In this document: piece by piece, positions 27,370 to 36,700 of the stretch | Numbering within the stretch: position 1 is the stretch's first letter | Layout: the number at the start of each line of letters is the position of its first letter | DNA from: a candidate division BRC1 bacterium ADurb.BinA292 | GTDB lineage: Bacteria > Sumerlaeota > Sumerlaeia > MVZB01 | Assembly: GCA_002068205.1 (NCBI GenBank) | Contig: MVZB01000001.1 | Span: 1 to 39,157, forward strand | Reading direction: 5' to 3' | DNA: 39,157 nt | Notes under the pieces: generated by a model | What the model was told of the DNA's origin: nothing | Databases searched by the model: none | Seen by the model: only the letters and a program-made list of their open reading frames with translations | Made by a program: the position numbers and the translations under genes

Positions 27370-27674
27370 AGAAGGGACAGAAAGGACATAAGGGATATAA
27401 AGGACGGATAGGGGCCATTATCATCCGTTCAGGGTACGTCGTGAAGAGCTCACTCAAAGACATGTCCCCCAATCTGGAGATCGCTTGGATCGGTTCTGCC
27501 GTCCCTACGGAACCCTATAGCTATGGGCATCCCGGTTCCCGCCGCTGAAGTAGCGGGCTGAACACTGCCGTCCCTGACGGGACTGCCCCGCGGAGGACCC
27601 GGCCAGGCCGAAGGCGTTTGGATCGACGGTCCACCCCCAGTTTCCTCCCTCGTTGTGAACCGCAGGATCATGAG
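27370..27674. repeat. structured intergenic repeat element, copy B (core 27449-27674, plus 5' purine-rich module 27370-27413 and shared linker)
   Basis: Same block order as copy A. The invariant GTCCCTGACGGGAC is at 27570-27583 and CCCGCcgctgaagtaGCGGG at 27537-27556. The upstream part (GAAGGGACA...TCATCCGTTCAGGGT...GAGCTCACTC) is shared with copy C. Confidence 0.85.
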
Positions 27675-27767
27675 CAACTCGTAGTCGCTCCCAGAGGCCA
27701 ATCTTTTCAAACCGCCGGTTTGTGCCGCCGGCGTTTGCCGTTTCATGTGCCCTGTGCTTCGTGAATA

Positions 27768-29153
27768 ATGATCGCCATGATCCAGGTCCGGCAGCTCAGC
27801 AAACGCTACATGCTCTACGACCGGCCGCTCGATCGGCTGGCGGACTGGCTGCTGCCGGCGGCGCTGCACCGCGGCCATCCGTTCTGGGCGCTGCGCGAGA
27901 TGACGTTCGACGTCGCCGCCGGCAGTTCGGTCGGCATCATCGGCGTCAACGGCGCGGGCAAATCGACCCTGCTCAAGATCCTGACCGGCACGACGCGCCC
28001 CACCAGCGGCGACTATCGGATTCAGGGGCGCGTCTCCAGCCTGCTCGAACTGGGAACCGGATTCCACCCGGAATTCACCGGTCGCCAGAATATCCAGTTC
28101 GGCGCCAAGATGGCCGGCCTGACCGATGCCGAACTGGCCGAGCGGTACGACGGGATCGTCGAGTTCGCCGAGCTGGGCGACTTCATCGATCAGCCCGTGC
28201 GCACGTATTCCAGCGGGATGCTGCTGCGCCTGGGGTTCGCCCTCGCCTCCTCGGTCGACCCCGATGTGCTGATCATCGACGAAGCCCTCTCGGTCGGCGA
28301 CCTGCATTTCCAGCAGAAGTGCCTGCGCCGCATCCGCGAGTTTCACGAGCGCGGCACCACCGTCCTGTTCGTCAGCCACGATCCCTCGATGATCCAGAAT
28401 TTCTGCAACGAGGCGATCCTGCTGGATGAGGGCCGCATGATCGACCGGGGTAAACCGGACCAGGTCATTGATTACTACACGGCGCTGCTGGCCGAGAAAT
28501 ATCGCGACGGGGGCGCCGGCGTCCGGATCGTGCGGCCCCGCGACGACGCACCGGCGACCGACACCGCCCAAGCCGCCGAGGGCCCGGCGCCAGACGCCGC
28601 CGCCGACCAGAACGGGTGGAAGACGCCTCCGCTGCACGCCCGGGGGCACCGCACCGGCAACTTCCGCGCGATGATCACCTCGGTCTGGCTGGAGGCGCGC
28701 GCCGTCCACGGCAATTCGCAGATCGTCGTCACGGGCACGTCGGCCGTGCTGCACGTCCGCTGGATCGCCCGCGAGCCGATCCCCTCGGCCACCGTCGGCA
28801 TCATGCTGCGCGACCGCCTGGGGCAGGAGATCTTCGGCGTCAATTCGCACTACCGCGAGGTGCGGATGGGACCGTTCCAGCCCGGCGAATCGGTCGACGT
28901 CGGCTTCCGCATGCCGATCAACCTGGGCGAAGGGCTTTATTCGATCACCGCCGCCGTCCATGAGGGGGAAAACCACATCGAGACCTGCTACGACTGGGTG
29001 GAGCATGCCTTTTCGCTCCAGGTGCTGCCCAACCCGGAGGAGCGCTTCACGGGACTCTGCCGCCTGCCCGTGGAGATCGAGGTTCAGCGCGAACCGACGC
29101 CGCCGGCCGAACGCCAGTTCGCCGAGTGGGTCCGCTCGCGGCTTGCCACCTGA
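27768..29153 (+). CDS. polysaccharide/O-antigen ABC exporter ATP-binding protein (Wzt/TagH type) with a C-terminal extra domain
   Basis: 461 aa. Walker A GVNGAGKSTLLK, signature SSGMLLRLGFA, Walker B LIIDEALSVGD. The N-terminal YMLYDRPLDRLADW pattern is typical of Wzt/TagH. The roughly 200-aa C-terminal region is consistent with a Wzt-type glycan-binding domain. Confidence 0.85.
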   Translation: MIAMIQVRQLSKRYMLYDRPLDRLADWLLPAALHRGHPFWALREMTFDVAAGSSVGIIGVNGAGKSTLLKILTGTTRPTSGDYRIQGRVSSLLELGTGFHPEFTGRQNIQFGAKMAGLTDAELAERYDGIVEFAELGDFIDQPVRTYSSGMLLRLGFALASSVDPDVLIIDEALSVGDLHFQQKCLRRIREFHERGTTVLFVSHDPSMIQNFCNEAILLDEGRMIDRGKPDQVIDYYTALLAEKYRDGGAGVRIVRPRDDAPATDTAQAAEGPAPDAAADQNGWKTPPLHARGHRTGNFRAMITSVWLEARAVHGNSQIVVTGTSAVLHVRWIAREPIPSATVGIMLRDRLGQEIFGVNSHYREVRMGPFQPGESVDVGFRMPINLGEGLYSITAAVHEGENHIETCYDWVEHAFSLQVLPNPEERFTGLCRLPVEIEVQREPTPPAERQFAEWVRSRLAT

Positions 29154-29155
29154 CG

Positions 29156-31129
29156 ATGCGGCGCTACCCGCGCATCGTCCGCGTCCTGCGCTGGCTGCTC
29201 CTGCTGATCGTCGTCGCCGGACTGCTGGTCTACCTGATGCAGCTCGTGCGCCACGGCCGGACGAGTTATCGCCACGGCATGTTCGCCATCATCACCGGGC
29301 CGTACCAGTGGTCGTGGCAGGTCCATCCCGGGCTCAGCCTGCGCTGGCTGGGCGCCTACGCACTGATGGCGTGGCTCGTCTGGGGCGGCCGGCTGCGCGC
29401 GCTGGCGGCGAGCCTGCCCGCGCGCATGCTGATCATGACCCCGATCCTCGTGCTGGCCGGCTACCTGACCGTCTCGCACGGAACCGGCGCGCCCGACATC
29501 CAGCCGGCATTCTTGCTGGCGGTCATCGTGGTCGCGGTCGCGGCGTCGTATTTCATCGCGCGGCTGGACGACCGGCCGGCCCTGCCCGGCCCCGCCCCGC
29601 GCTGGGAGGCGCCGCTGCTCTACGGGCTGGCGACCGCGGCGGGGGTCGGCGTCGCGGTTCTGTGCTGGCGCCTGGTGTACCACGGTTTTCCGATCATGAT
29701 GGACGCCCAGTCGCAGGTCGTCCAGGCGCGCATGCTCTGGCAGGGACGCTGGGTGTTGCCGATCTCACAGGCGCTGCGCGACGTGATCGAATTCCCCAAT
29801 TCCGTTTTCACCGTCCCGGTTTATTCGCAATACCCGCCGGGCTATATTTTCCTGCTGATCCCGGTGGTGGCGCTGGACCTGCCCCCGCAGACGCTCAACC
29901 TGGCGGCGGGCGGGGGCCTGGTGGCGCTGACGGCCTGGCTGGCGCGGCGGCTCGGCGGCGCGCGGGCCGGCTGGGCGGCCGCCGTCCTCTGCGCCGGCTC
30001 GCCGTTCATGATCCTGTGCGGCACGGCGATGAACCACGCCACCAGCGCTCTGGCACTGCTGGGAACGACCTGCTGCCTGCTCCCCCGGCTGGGCCGCGCC
30101 GAGCCGCGACGCTGGGCGCTGCGCGGCCTGGTCGGCGGCCTGCTCCTCGGCTGGGCCGTATCGACCCGACCCCTGACCGGATTGGCGCACGCGCTCGTCT
30201 GGCTGGCGGCGTGGCTGGCGCAACTGGGCGAACTGGCGTGGCGCCGCCGCTCCGGCCGGATCGTCCGCCCCGGGCAGACCCTGGCCGCCGTCCTCTGGCG
30301 CGGCCTGTGGGTGCTGCTCGGGCTTATCCCGCCCGCGCTGCTGTTCATGTTCTACAACCTGAAGACGACCGGCAGCCCGTTCATCTTCGCCTACGAGGTC
30401 AGCAATCCCGACCTGCATCGGATCGGTTTCGGCCAGGCCACCGAACTCCATTACACCCCGGCCGACGCGCTCCACAACTCCATGGCGAGCTATCTGGACC
30501 TCAATATCAAGCTGTTCGGCTGGGCGGTGGGCTCCTGGACGCTGATCCTGGCGTGGTGGCTGCGCGCGCGCCTGACCCGGGCGGAGCTGACGCTCCTCGG
30601 GTTGATCGTGTCCCAATCGATCTTCTACGGCCTGTATCAGTATCACGACCTGATTCTGGGGCCGCGGTTCCTTTTCGATCTGCTGCCGTATTTCGCGGTG
30701 CTGGCGGCGCTCGGGCTGGCTCCCGCACTGCGTCGCGGGCGACGCCGGGGGATGGTGCTGGCGCTGATCGTCTTCGCATTTTCGATCGTCGGCATTCAGC
30801 GCGGCATCAATTTCTGGATCACCAAATTCCGGCCGGTGATCGAGCGCAACGTCCAGTTCGCCGGGTTCATGGACGAGATCGAGCCGCTCGAGGGGCCCAC
30901 GGTCGTCGTCATGGACCAGCCCTACAACGAGGTCATCGGCCAGTACTTCCAGCACCCGCGCTATCAACACCCGCTCTGGTTCGTCTTCGAGCATCGCGAG
31001 GCCGAAGCGCGCCTGCTTCCGGAACTGGCCGGGTTCCACTGGGTCCGATTTGATGACGGCAACCGTCCGGCGCCGGGCCCGCCCCCGGAACTTCCGCAGT
31101 TCCCTCAGGGCGGCGAACCGGCAAGTTGA
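29156..31129 (+). CDS. polytopic membrane protein, GT-C fold (ArnT/PMT-like) glycosyltransferase candidate with an N-terminal extension
   Basis: The ATG is 2 nt after the Wzt stop, suggesting translational coupling. There are at least 12 hydrophobic segments. The loop motif MDAQSQVVQARMLWQGRWVLP ... YSQYPPGY resembles the D(E/x)..y...A..m...G.w..P ... KPPL pattern of GT39/GT83 enzymes, but it starts about 190 aa in. Confidence 0.5.
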   Translation: MRRYPRIVRVLRWLLLLIVVAGLLVYLMQLVRHGRTSYRHGMFAIITGPYQWSWQVHPGLSLRWLGAYALMAWLVWGGRLRALAASLPARMLIMTPILVLAGYLTVSHGTGAPDIQPAFLLAVIVVAVAASYFIARLDDRPALPGPAPRWEAPLLYGLATAAGVGVAVLCWRLVYHGFPIMMDAQSQVVQARMLWQGRWVLPISQALRDVIEFPNSVFTVPVYSQYPPGYIFLLIPVVALDLPPQTLNLAAGGGLVALTAWLARRLGGARAGWAAAVLCAGSPFMILCGTAMNHATSALALLGTTCCLLPRLGRAEPRRWALRGLVGGLLLGWAVSTRPLTGLAHALVWLAAWLAQLGELAWRRRSGRIVRPGQTLAAVLWRGLWVLLGLIPPALLFMFYNLKTTGSPFIFAYEVSNPDLHRIGFGQATELHYTPADALHNSMASYLDLNIKLFGWAVGSWTLILAWWLRARLTRAELTLLGLIVSQSIFYGLYQYHDLILGPRFLFDLLPYFAVLAALGLAPALRRGRRRGMVLALIVFAFSIVGIQRGINFWITKFRPVIERNVQFAGFMDEIEPLEGPTVVVMDQPYNEVIGQYFQHPRYQHPLWFVFEHREAEARLLPELAGFHWVRFDDGNRPAPGPPPELPQFPQGGEPAS

Positions 31130-31167
31130 ACCAGAGCCGTTCGGCGTGGGACCGGCGCGCTCGCCAG

Positions 31168-33171
31168 TCATCCGCCCGCCGCTTCGGATCCCCCACCGCC
31201 CGGTTGATAATCCGGGATCAGTTCCTTGAGCATCCGGCGGATCGCGGCGTCGTCCCGCAGCACGGCCAGCGCCTCCAGCTCGAGGATCCGCGGTCGCAAT
31301 TGCTCCCAGTCGTGCGCCGGCTGCGACGAACGGAAAATCTTCGGATGCGCCGTCGGCTCGCGGCCCTGCTCGGCCGTCAACAGCTCCTCGAACAGCTTCT
31401 CGCCGGGCCGCGCCCCCGTGAAGACGAGCGGGATATCGCGCTCGGGCTCCAGCCCGCTCAGCGTGATCAGGTTGCGCGCCAGATCGACGATCTTGACCGG
31501 CTCGCCCATATCGAGCAGGAAGACCTCGCCCCCCTGGCCCTGCGAGCCGGCCTCGATCACCAGGCTCACCGCCTCGGGGATCGTCATGAAGTAGCGCGTC
31601 ATCTCCGGGTGGGTCAGCGTCACCGGCCCCCCCGCCTGGATCTGCCGGCGGAAGAGGGGAATCACCGAACCGCGGCTGCCCAGGACGTTGCCGAACCGCA
31701 CGGCGACGAAGCGCGTCGCCCCCGGTCGGTTCAGCGCGCTCACGATCATCTCGGCCAGGCGCTTGCTGGCGCCCATCACGCCGGTCGGCCGCACGGCCTT
31801 GTCGGTCGAAATCAGGATGAATCGCTCGACCCCGGCGGCCCGCGCCGCCTCGGCCAGGACGCGCGTCCCCATGACGTTGTTCTTGATCGCCTCGGCCGGC
31901 TGCGCCTCCATCAGATGGACGTGCTTGTGCGCCGCCGCGTGCAGGATCACGGCGGGCCTGGCTTCGGCCAGCAGCGGCTCGATCAGCGCCGCGTCGCGGA
32001 CGTCGCCCACGACCAAGCGCAGCGCGGCGCCCTGCTCCCGGGCCGGCGCCGCCAGCTCCTGGTGGATGTCATAGAGGCTGTTCTCGCCGCGCCCGAGCAG
32101 AATCAGCTCGCTGGCCCCATGCGCGAGCGCCTGGCGCGCCAGTTCGCTGCCGATCGACCCGCCGGCCCCCGTGATCAGCACGCGCCGGCCCGTCAGGCAC
32201 GATTCGGCCGGCCCCGCCCCGCGCACGACCACCGGCGGCCGGCCCAGCAGGTCCTCGATCTCCACCGGCCGCAGGCGGCTGACCTCGACCTGGCCGTGGA
32301 CCACCTCCTCCATATTGGGCACGGTGCGGAACGCCAGCCGCGCCTCGCGGCAGTGGTCGACCACCGACCGCATCAGCGCCGGCGTCGCGCGCGGCAGCGC
32401 GATGATCAGCATGTCGATGTGATGGCGCCGGGTCAGCTCGGGCAGGTCCTCGATCCCGCCGGCGACAACCAGACCGTGGATTCGCCGCCCGCGCAAGGCC
32501 GGGTCCGGATCGGCGAAGGCCACCGGCCGCAGCCCCGCCGCCGGGTTGCGCCGCAGATCGCGCGCCACCTGTTCCCCGGTATCGCCCGCGCCCAGGATCA
32601 GGACGCGCCGCGCGCGCGGCGCCCCCGCCAGGCCCGCGGGAAACCGCTCCGCCACCAGCCGCCGGCTCAGCCGCAGCCCGAGCAGGAACGCGCCGGCCAG
32701 CAGCGTGTCGATGACGACGACGCCCCACGGCACGCGCAGGACGTGAGCCCCGCCGGAGGCCAGCGGGTAATTGCCCAGCGACGGGATATACCGGTGGATG
32801 AAGTTGAACACGATCAGCCCGCCGGTGCCGGTGAGCACCGCCAGGACGATATTGACCGCCTCATCCAGGCCGGTGTAGCGCGTGAAGCCGTGATAGAGCC
32901 CGAAGCGCCAGAGCGCGAAGAGACGCAGCGCCACCAGGCACGGCACGAGGTAGAAAAACTGCCGGATATAGTCTTCGCTGAACCGGTCAGGCTGCAGGTC
33001 GAAGCCGATGCTGTAGGCGAGGCCGAAGGCCCCGGCGATGAGGAGGATATCGGCCAGGGCCAGGATCAAGCGCCGCAAGCGCGGATGGCGCGCCATCAGG
33101 CCGGCGAACTGCCCGACGGCGGGCGGGGCGGGGGAGGCGCCGGGCGGCGGTTGGGGATCGGAGGGGTTCAT
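31168..33171 (-). CDS. membrane-anchored nucleotide-sugar 4,6-dehydratase (CapD/PglF/WbpM family)
   Basis: 667 aa. Four N-terminal TM helices, then two Rossmann regions: VLILGAGDTGEQVA and VLITGAGGSIGSELARQ. Also NVMGTRVLAEAA and STDKAVRPTGVMGASKRLAE. Confidence 0.9.
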   Translation of the reverse strand: MNPSDPQPPPGASPAPPAVGQFAGLMARHPRLRRLILALADILLIAGAFGLAYSIGFDLQPDRFSEDYIRQFFYLVPCLVALRLFALWRFGLYHGFTRYTGLDEAVNIVLAVLTGTGGLIVFNFIHRYIPSLGNYPLASGGAHVLRVPWGVVVIDTLLAGAFLLGLRLSRRLVAERFPAGLAGAPRARRVLILGAGDTGEQVARDLRRNPAAGLRPVAFADPDPALRGRRIHGLVVAGGIEDLPELTRRHHIDMLIIALPRATPALMRSVVDHCREARLAFRTVPNMEEVVHGQVEVSRLRPVEIEDLLGRPPVVVRGAGPAESCLTGRRVLITGAGGSIGSELARQALAHGASELILLGRGENSLYDIHQELAAPAREQGAALRLVVGDVRDAALIEPLLAEARPAVILHAAAHKHVHLMEAQPAEAIKNNVMGTRVLAEAARAAGVERFILISTDKAVRPTGVMGASKRLAEMIVSALNRPGATRFVAVRFGNVLGSRGSVIPLFRRQIQAGGPVTLTHPEMTRYFMTIPEAVSLVIEAGSQGQGGEVFLLDMGEPVKIVDLARNLITLSGLEPERDIPLVFTGARPGEKLFEELLTAEQGREPTAHPKIFRSSQPAHDWEQLRPRILELEALAVLRDDAAIRRMLKELIPDYQPGGGGSEAAGG

Positions 33172-33277
33172 CGTGCCCCAAAGGTAATGAGCCCGCTCCC
33201 CGCTTGCAACCTGACTCTAACCGCCGTCGGTCAGTGAAAAAACTGTCCCCGGGACCTCCGACGATGATTTTCGTTTC

Positions 33278-33574
33278 AGAAGGGACATAAGGTAAAGGAC
33301 GCATGCGGGGCGTTTTCATCCATTCAGGGTGACGCCGAGGTGTCGTGATAAGCTCACTCGAAAATATTGCCCGATTCTCGGGATCGCTTGATCGGTTCTG
33401 CCGTCCCTGCGGGACTCAGCCGTTGTGGGGATCCCGGATCCCGCCACTGAAGTAGCGGGCTGAAGTCAACCGTCCCTGACGGGACTGCCTGCGGAAGGAT
33501 CCGGCAGGGCCAGGGTCATTCGAGTCAGCCGTTCACCCCGTGTTTCAATCCTCGTTGAAGCGCAGGTTCATGCG
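33278..33574. repeat. structured intergenic repeat element, copy C (core 33353-33574, plus 5' module)
   Basis: Same block order as copies A and B. GTCCCtgcGGGAC is at 33403-33415, CCCGCcactgaagtaGCGGG at 33439-33458 and GTCCCTGACGGGAC at 33472-33485. Confidence 0.85.
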
Positions 33575-33740
33575 TTGATTCTGGGATTTCGCGCGGCTCA
33601 GGGAGGAGCCTGGCATCCTTGCGGGATGCGGGGATGTCGGGCGGCCGTCAACCGGTGGCGTCGCCGCGCTCAACCACGGGCTACCCTCTGGCACCCCTGC
33701 GGATGCGGGCTGGACCCATTCGAGCCGCTCCGACCCGCGC

Positions 33741-34055
33741 TCAATCCAATCCCCGGCGTTTCAGATCAGGCAGCGTCTCGGGTTTGCCCGCTTCCATGAC
33801 CTTGCTCTCACCGGGCAACGCGGTCACGTTCTCGTAAACGCCCGAGTCGCGCCGGACGAGCTTGGTGAAGCCCATCGACTTCAGTTCACTGTCGGTCGTT
33901 GGCGTCGAAATGTTGGGCAGCGAAATCAGCCGTTTGACCGGCCCGCCGCACTCGGGGCAGGTCGTGAGGGCGTCTTCGCTCATCGCCTGGGTCCGTTCGA
34001 AGAAACGGCCCACCGCGCAGGGGTCGGCCAGATGCTCGTATTCATAGACAGGCAT
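33741..34055 (-). CDS. FmdB-family zinc-ribbon protein
   Basis: Start MPVYEYEHLADPCAVGRFFERTQAMSEDALTTCPECGGPVKRLIS. The MP.YEY start and the CPxCG knuckle are the FmdB signature, although the first CxxC pair is reduced to a single Cys. The upstream 33 codons of the track ORF are Gly/Ala-rich and probably not translated. Confidence 0.6.
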   Translation of the reverse strand: MPVYEYEHLADPCAVGRFFERTQAMSEDALTTCPECGGPVKRLISLPNISTPTTDSELKSMGFTKLVRRDSGVYENVTALPGESKVMEAGKPETLPDLKRRGLD

Positions 34056-34363
34056 GGGAAACATCCCCGGCGTTGCGGTCTGGGTGGCGGCCGGCGATTC
34101 CGCGCCGGCCCGAAACCCACCTCCACCCTTATTGTCGGCACAACGCCCGCCCAACGCAAGCCGCGCGCCCCTCAGCGGAAAATGCGTCCAAGGTAAGCGG
34201 CCGCTCGGAATTTCGCGGCGTCGGCGGGCGAGCCCGCGCCGGCTGGCGCGACGCCCTGCTTTGAAAAAGGGGGGGCGTGTGGGGTATGCTCTTTAGCATC
34301 CGGATTGAGCATGGGAATCGGCCCTTCTGATCCGGCAATCGACGGAAGGACAGGTACGGCTTC

Positions 34364-36196
34364 ATGTGCGGAATCATCGGGATGATCTCGCGGCGCGACG
34401 TCGGCACCGCGCTGATCGAGGGGCTCAAGAACCTGGAGTACCGCGGCTACGACTCGTGCGGCTTCGCCACGCTGTGCGACGGCCGGTTCGTGATCCACAA
34501 GGAGGTCGGCCGCGTCGATCGCCTGGATGCCTACCTGCCGGAGACCGAGGGCTGCCACATCGGGATGGCCCACACCCGCTGGGCGACGCACGGCCAGCCA
34601 TCCGAGGCCAACGCCCACCCGCACCTGAGCTACGACGGCCGGTTCGCCGTCGTGCACAACGGCATCATCGAGAACTACAGCGTCCTGCGCGAATACCTGC
34701 GCAAGCAGGGCATCGAATTTCGCAGCGAGACCGACACCGAGGTGATCGCCCACCTGATCGCCCACGAGTACCGCAACAGCACGATGCAGGCGGTGCGCGA
34801 TACGCTGGCGCGGCTCGACGGGACGTTCGGCCTGCTGATCCTCGACCGCGACGATCCGCACCGGATGATCGCCGTCCGCCAGGGGAGCCCGCTGGTGCTC
34901 GGCGTCGGCGACGGCGAGTTCTTCGCCGCCTCGGACGTCTCCGCGCTGATCCAGCATACCCGCCAGGTGATCTACCTCGACGACGGCGAGCTGGCCGAGC
35001 TGACGCTGACCGGCTATCGCACCGCCACATTCACCACCGACCTGACCGTCGTGCACGAGACGACCGAGGTCGACTGGGAGATCGAACAGATCGAAAAGGG
35101 CGGCTTCGAGCACTTCATGCTTAAGGAGATCTTCGAGGAGCCGCAGGCGCTCCGGAACACCTTCGCCGGCCGGCTGCGGCCCGATGAGGGGATCGTCAAG
35201 CTGGGCGGCATCGCCAGCCTGGAGGACGACTTCATCCGCGAGATGCGGCGCATCCTGATCACCTCGTGCGGCACCGCGTGGCACGCCGGCCTGATCGGCG
35301 AATACATCCTCGAGGAACTGGCCCGGATCCCCGTCGAAGTCGAATATGCGTCCGAATTCCGCTACCGCAACCCCCTGATCACGCAGGAGGACCTGCTGAT
35401 CGTCATCAGCCAGTCGGGCGAGACGGCCGACACGCTCGCCGCGCTGCGCGAGGGCAAAACCCGGGGCGCCGAGGTCATGGGCATCTGCAACGTGGTCGGC
35501 TCGACGATCGCCCGCGAGGCCGGCCGCGGGATCTACACGCACGCCGGCCCGGAAATCGGCGTCGCCTCGACCAAGGCGTTCATCACCCAGGTGGCGGTGA
35601 TGCCGATGCTCGCCCTGCAATGGGGCCGCCTGCGCGGCTCCGTCTCGGCCCAGACGGTCGAACGCATGATCGCGCAACTGGGCCGCATCCCCGATCATGT
35701 CGCGGCCGTCTGCGATCAATCCGACCAGATCCGGACGATCGCCGAGCAGTACTGCGAGCACCGCAACTTTCTCTACCTGGGGCGCGGGATCAACTTCCCG
35801 GTCGCGCTGGAGGGCGCTCTCAAGCTGAAGGAAATCTCCTACATCCATGCCGAGGGCTACCCGGCGGCCGAAATGAAGCACGGGCCGATCGCGCTGGTGG
35901 ATGAGAACATGCCAGTCGTCGTCATCGCTACCAAGGATCCGGTTTATGACAAGGTGATTTCCAATATTCAGGAAATCCGCGCGCGGCGCGGCCGCGTGAT
36001 CGCGGTCGCCACCGAGGGGGATCAGGAGATCGCCCACCACTGCAACGATGTGATCTACGTGCCCGAAGTCGACCCGCTGCTGACCCCGATCGTCAACGTC
36101 GTGCCGCTGCAGTTGCTGGCCTATCACATCGCCGTCCTACGCGGCTGCGACGTGGACAAGCCGCGCAACCTGGCCAAGAGCGTGACCGTTGAGTGA
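34364..36196 (+). CDS. glmS: glutamine--fructose-6-phosphate aminotransferase (isomerizing)
   Basis: 610 aa. The MCGIIG N-terminal nucleophile, RGYDSCG, HTRWATHG, two SIS domains (SQSGETADT) and the canonical C-terminus PRNLAKSVTVE. Confidence 0.97.
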   Translation: MCGIIGMISRRDVGTALIEGLKNLEYRGYDSCGFATLCDGRFVIHKEVGRVDRLDAYLPETEGCHIGMAHTRWATHGQPSEANAHPHLSYDGRFAVVHNGIIENYSVLREYLRKQGIEFRSETDTEVIAHLIAHEYRNSTMQAVRDTLARLDGTFGLLILDRDDPHRMIAVRQGSPLVLGVGDGEFFAASDVSALIQHTRQVIYLDDGELAELTLTGYRTATFTTDLTVVHETTEVDWEIEQIEKGGFEHFMLKEIFEEPQALRNTFAGRLRPDEGIVKLGGIASLEDDFIREMRRILITSCGTAWHAGLIGEYILEELARIPVEVEYASEFRYRNPLITQEDLLIVISQSGETADTLAALREGKTRGAEVMGICNVVGSTIAREAGRGIYTHAGPEIGVASTKAFITQVAVMPMLALQWGRLRGSVSAQTVERMIAQLGRIPDHVAAVCDQSDQIRTIAEQYCEHRNFLYLGRGINFPVALEGALKLKEISYIHAEGYPAAEMKHGPIALVDENMPVVVIATKDPVYDKVISNIQEIRARRGRVIAVATEGDQEIAHHCNDVIYVPEVDPLLTPIVNVVPLQLLAYHIAVLRGCDVDKPRNLAKSVTVE

Positions 36197-36229
36197 CCGG
36201 CGCCGCGCGCGCCTCGAATCTTTGTTATC

Positions 36230-36254
36230 GAACCGATAAATCGGTTCTTCTATC
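36230..36254 (+). terminator. hairpin GAACCGA-taaa-TCGGTTC plus T-rich tail after glmS (weak terminator candidate)
   Basis: A 7-bp stem 34 nt after the glmS stop, followed by TTCTATC. The U-tract is poor. Confidence 0.35.
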
Positions 36255-36267
36255 TGACGGACGGTGA

Positions 36268-36308
36268 CCGTGGGTTGAATGGCCGCCGGGCAGTCATTCA
36301 ACCCACGG
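36268..36308. other. perfect 14-bp stem hairpin (CCGTGGGTTGAATG / CATTCAACCCACGG, 13-nt loop)
   Basis: Read directly from the sequence. It is bracketed by a 10-bp direct repeat TATCGAACCG at 36226-36235 and 36315-36324. Confidence 0.6.
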
Positions 36309-36370
36309 CTTGGATATCGAACCGCTGACGCGATTCCTGAGTTCCCGCCCCTGAAGTATTTGTCATTGCC

Positions 36371-36700
36371 CAAATTCAGACATGTTCCGGCCGCCCCTTC
36401 CAGGGGCTTGAATCGTTGGAGGCGGCGACGCAGGGTTGCGGCCTTCGACCTCCACCCTGCGCTTTATTCCCGTCGTTCCGCTTCGCGGACTCAGCCGGCA
36501 ACCGAGTCGGAATCGCCTGCATTGGTTTTGGAACCTTGAGCGGATTGCGATTTGGGGAACGACCCGCACTGAAGTAGGGGGTTGTAGTCTATCGTCCCTG
36601 ACGGGACCGCCCGGCTGACGGACCCGGCAAGCTCTGGGGCGCTCGAATCGGCCGTTCACTCCCCACTTTCATCCGTTGGTTGTATACTGCCGGTTCATGG
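36371..36700. repeat. structured intergenic repeat element, copy D (divergent, with insertions)
   Basis: It retains the block order: CAGACATGTTCCGG, the hairpin GCCCCttccaGGGGC, GT(T)CCGCttcGCGGACTCAGCC, CCCgcactgaagtaGGG, the invariant GTCCCTGACGGGAC (36594-36607), CCGGCAAG, CGAATCGGCCGTTCACTCCCC and TTTCATCCGTTGGTTGTATACTGCCGGTTCATGG. Confidence 0.7.

Noticed and set aside
33611-33622. TGGCATCCTTGC, and the nearby TGGCACCCCTGC, resemble sigma-54 promoters.
   Set aside because: The GG-to-GC spacing is 9 nt instead of the required 12, and no plus-strand gene follows.
34056-34363. A possible glmS ribozyme in the 300-nt leader upstream of glmS.
   Set aside because: I could not find the conserved ribozyme core blocks (AGCGCC..., GACGAGG..., CGGCGGAUGCC-type segments) by eye, and this class is mainly known from Firmicutes-type genomes. 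A proper Rfam scan would settle it.
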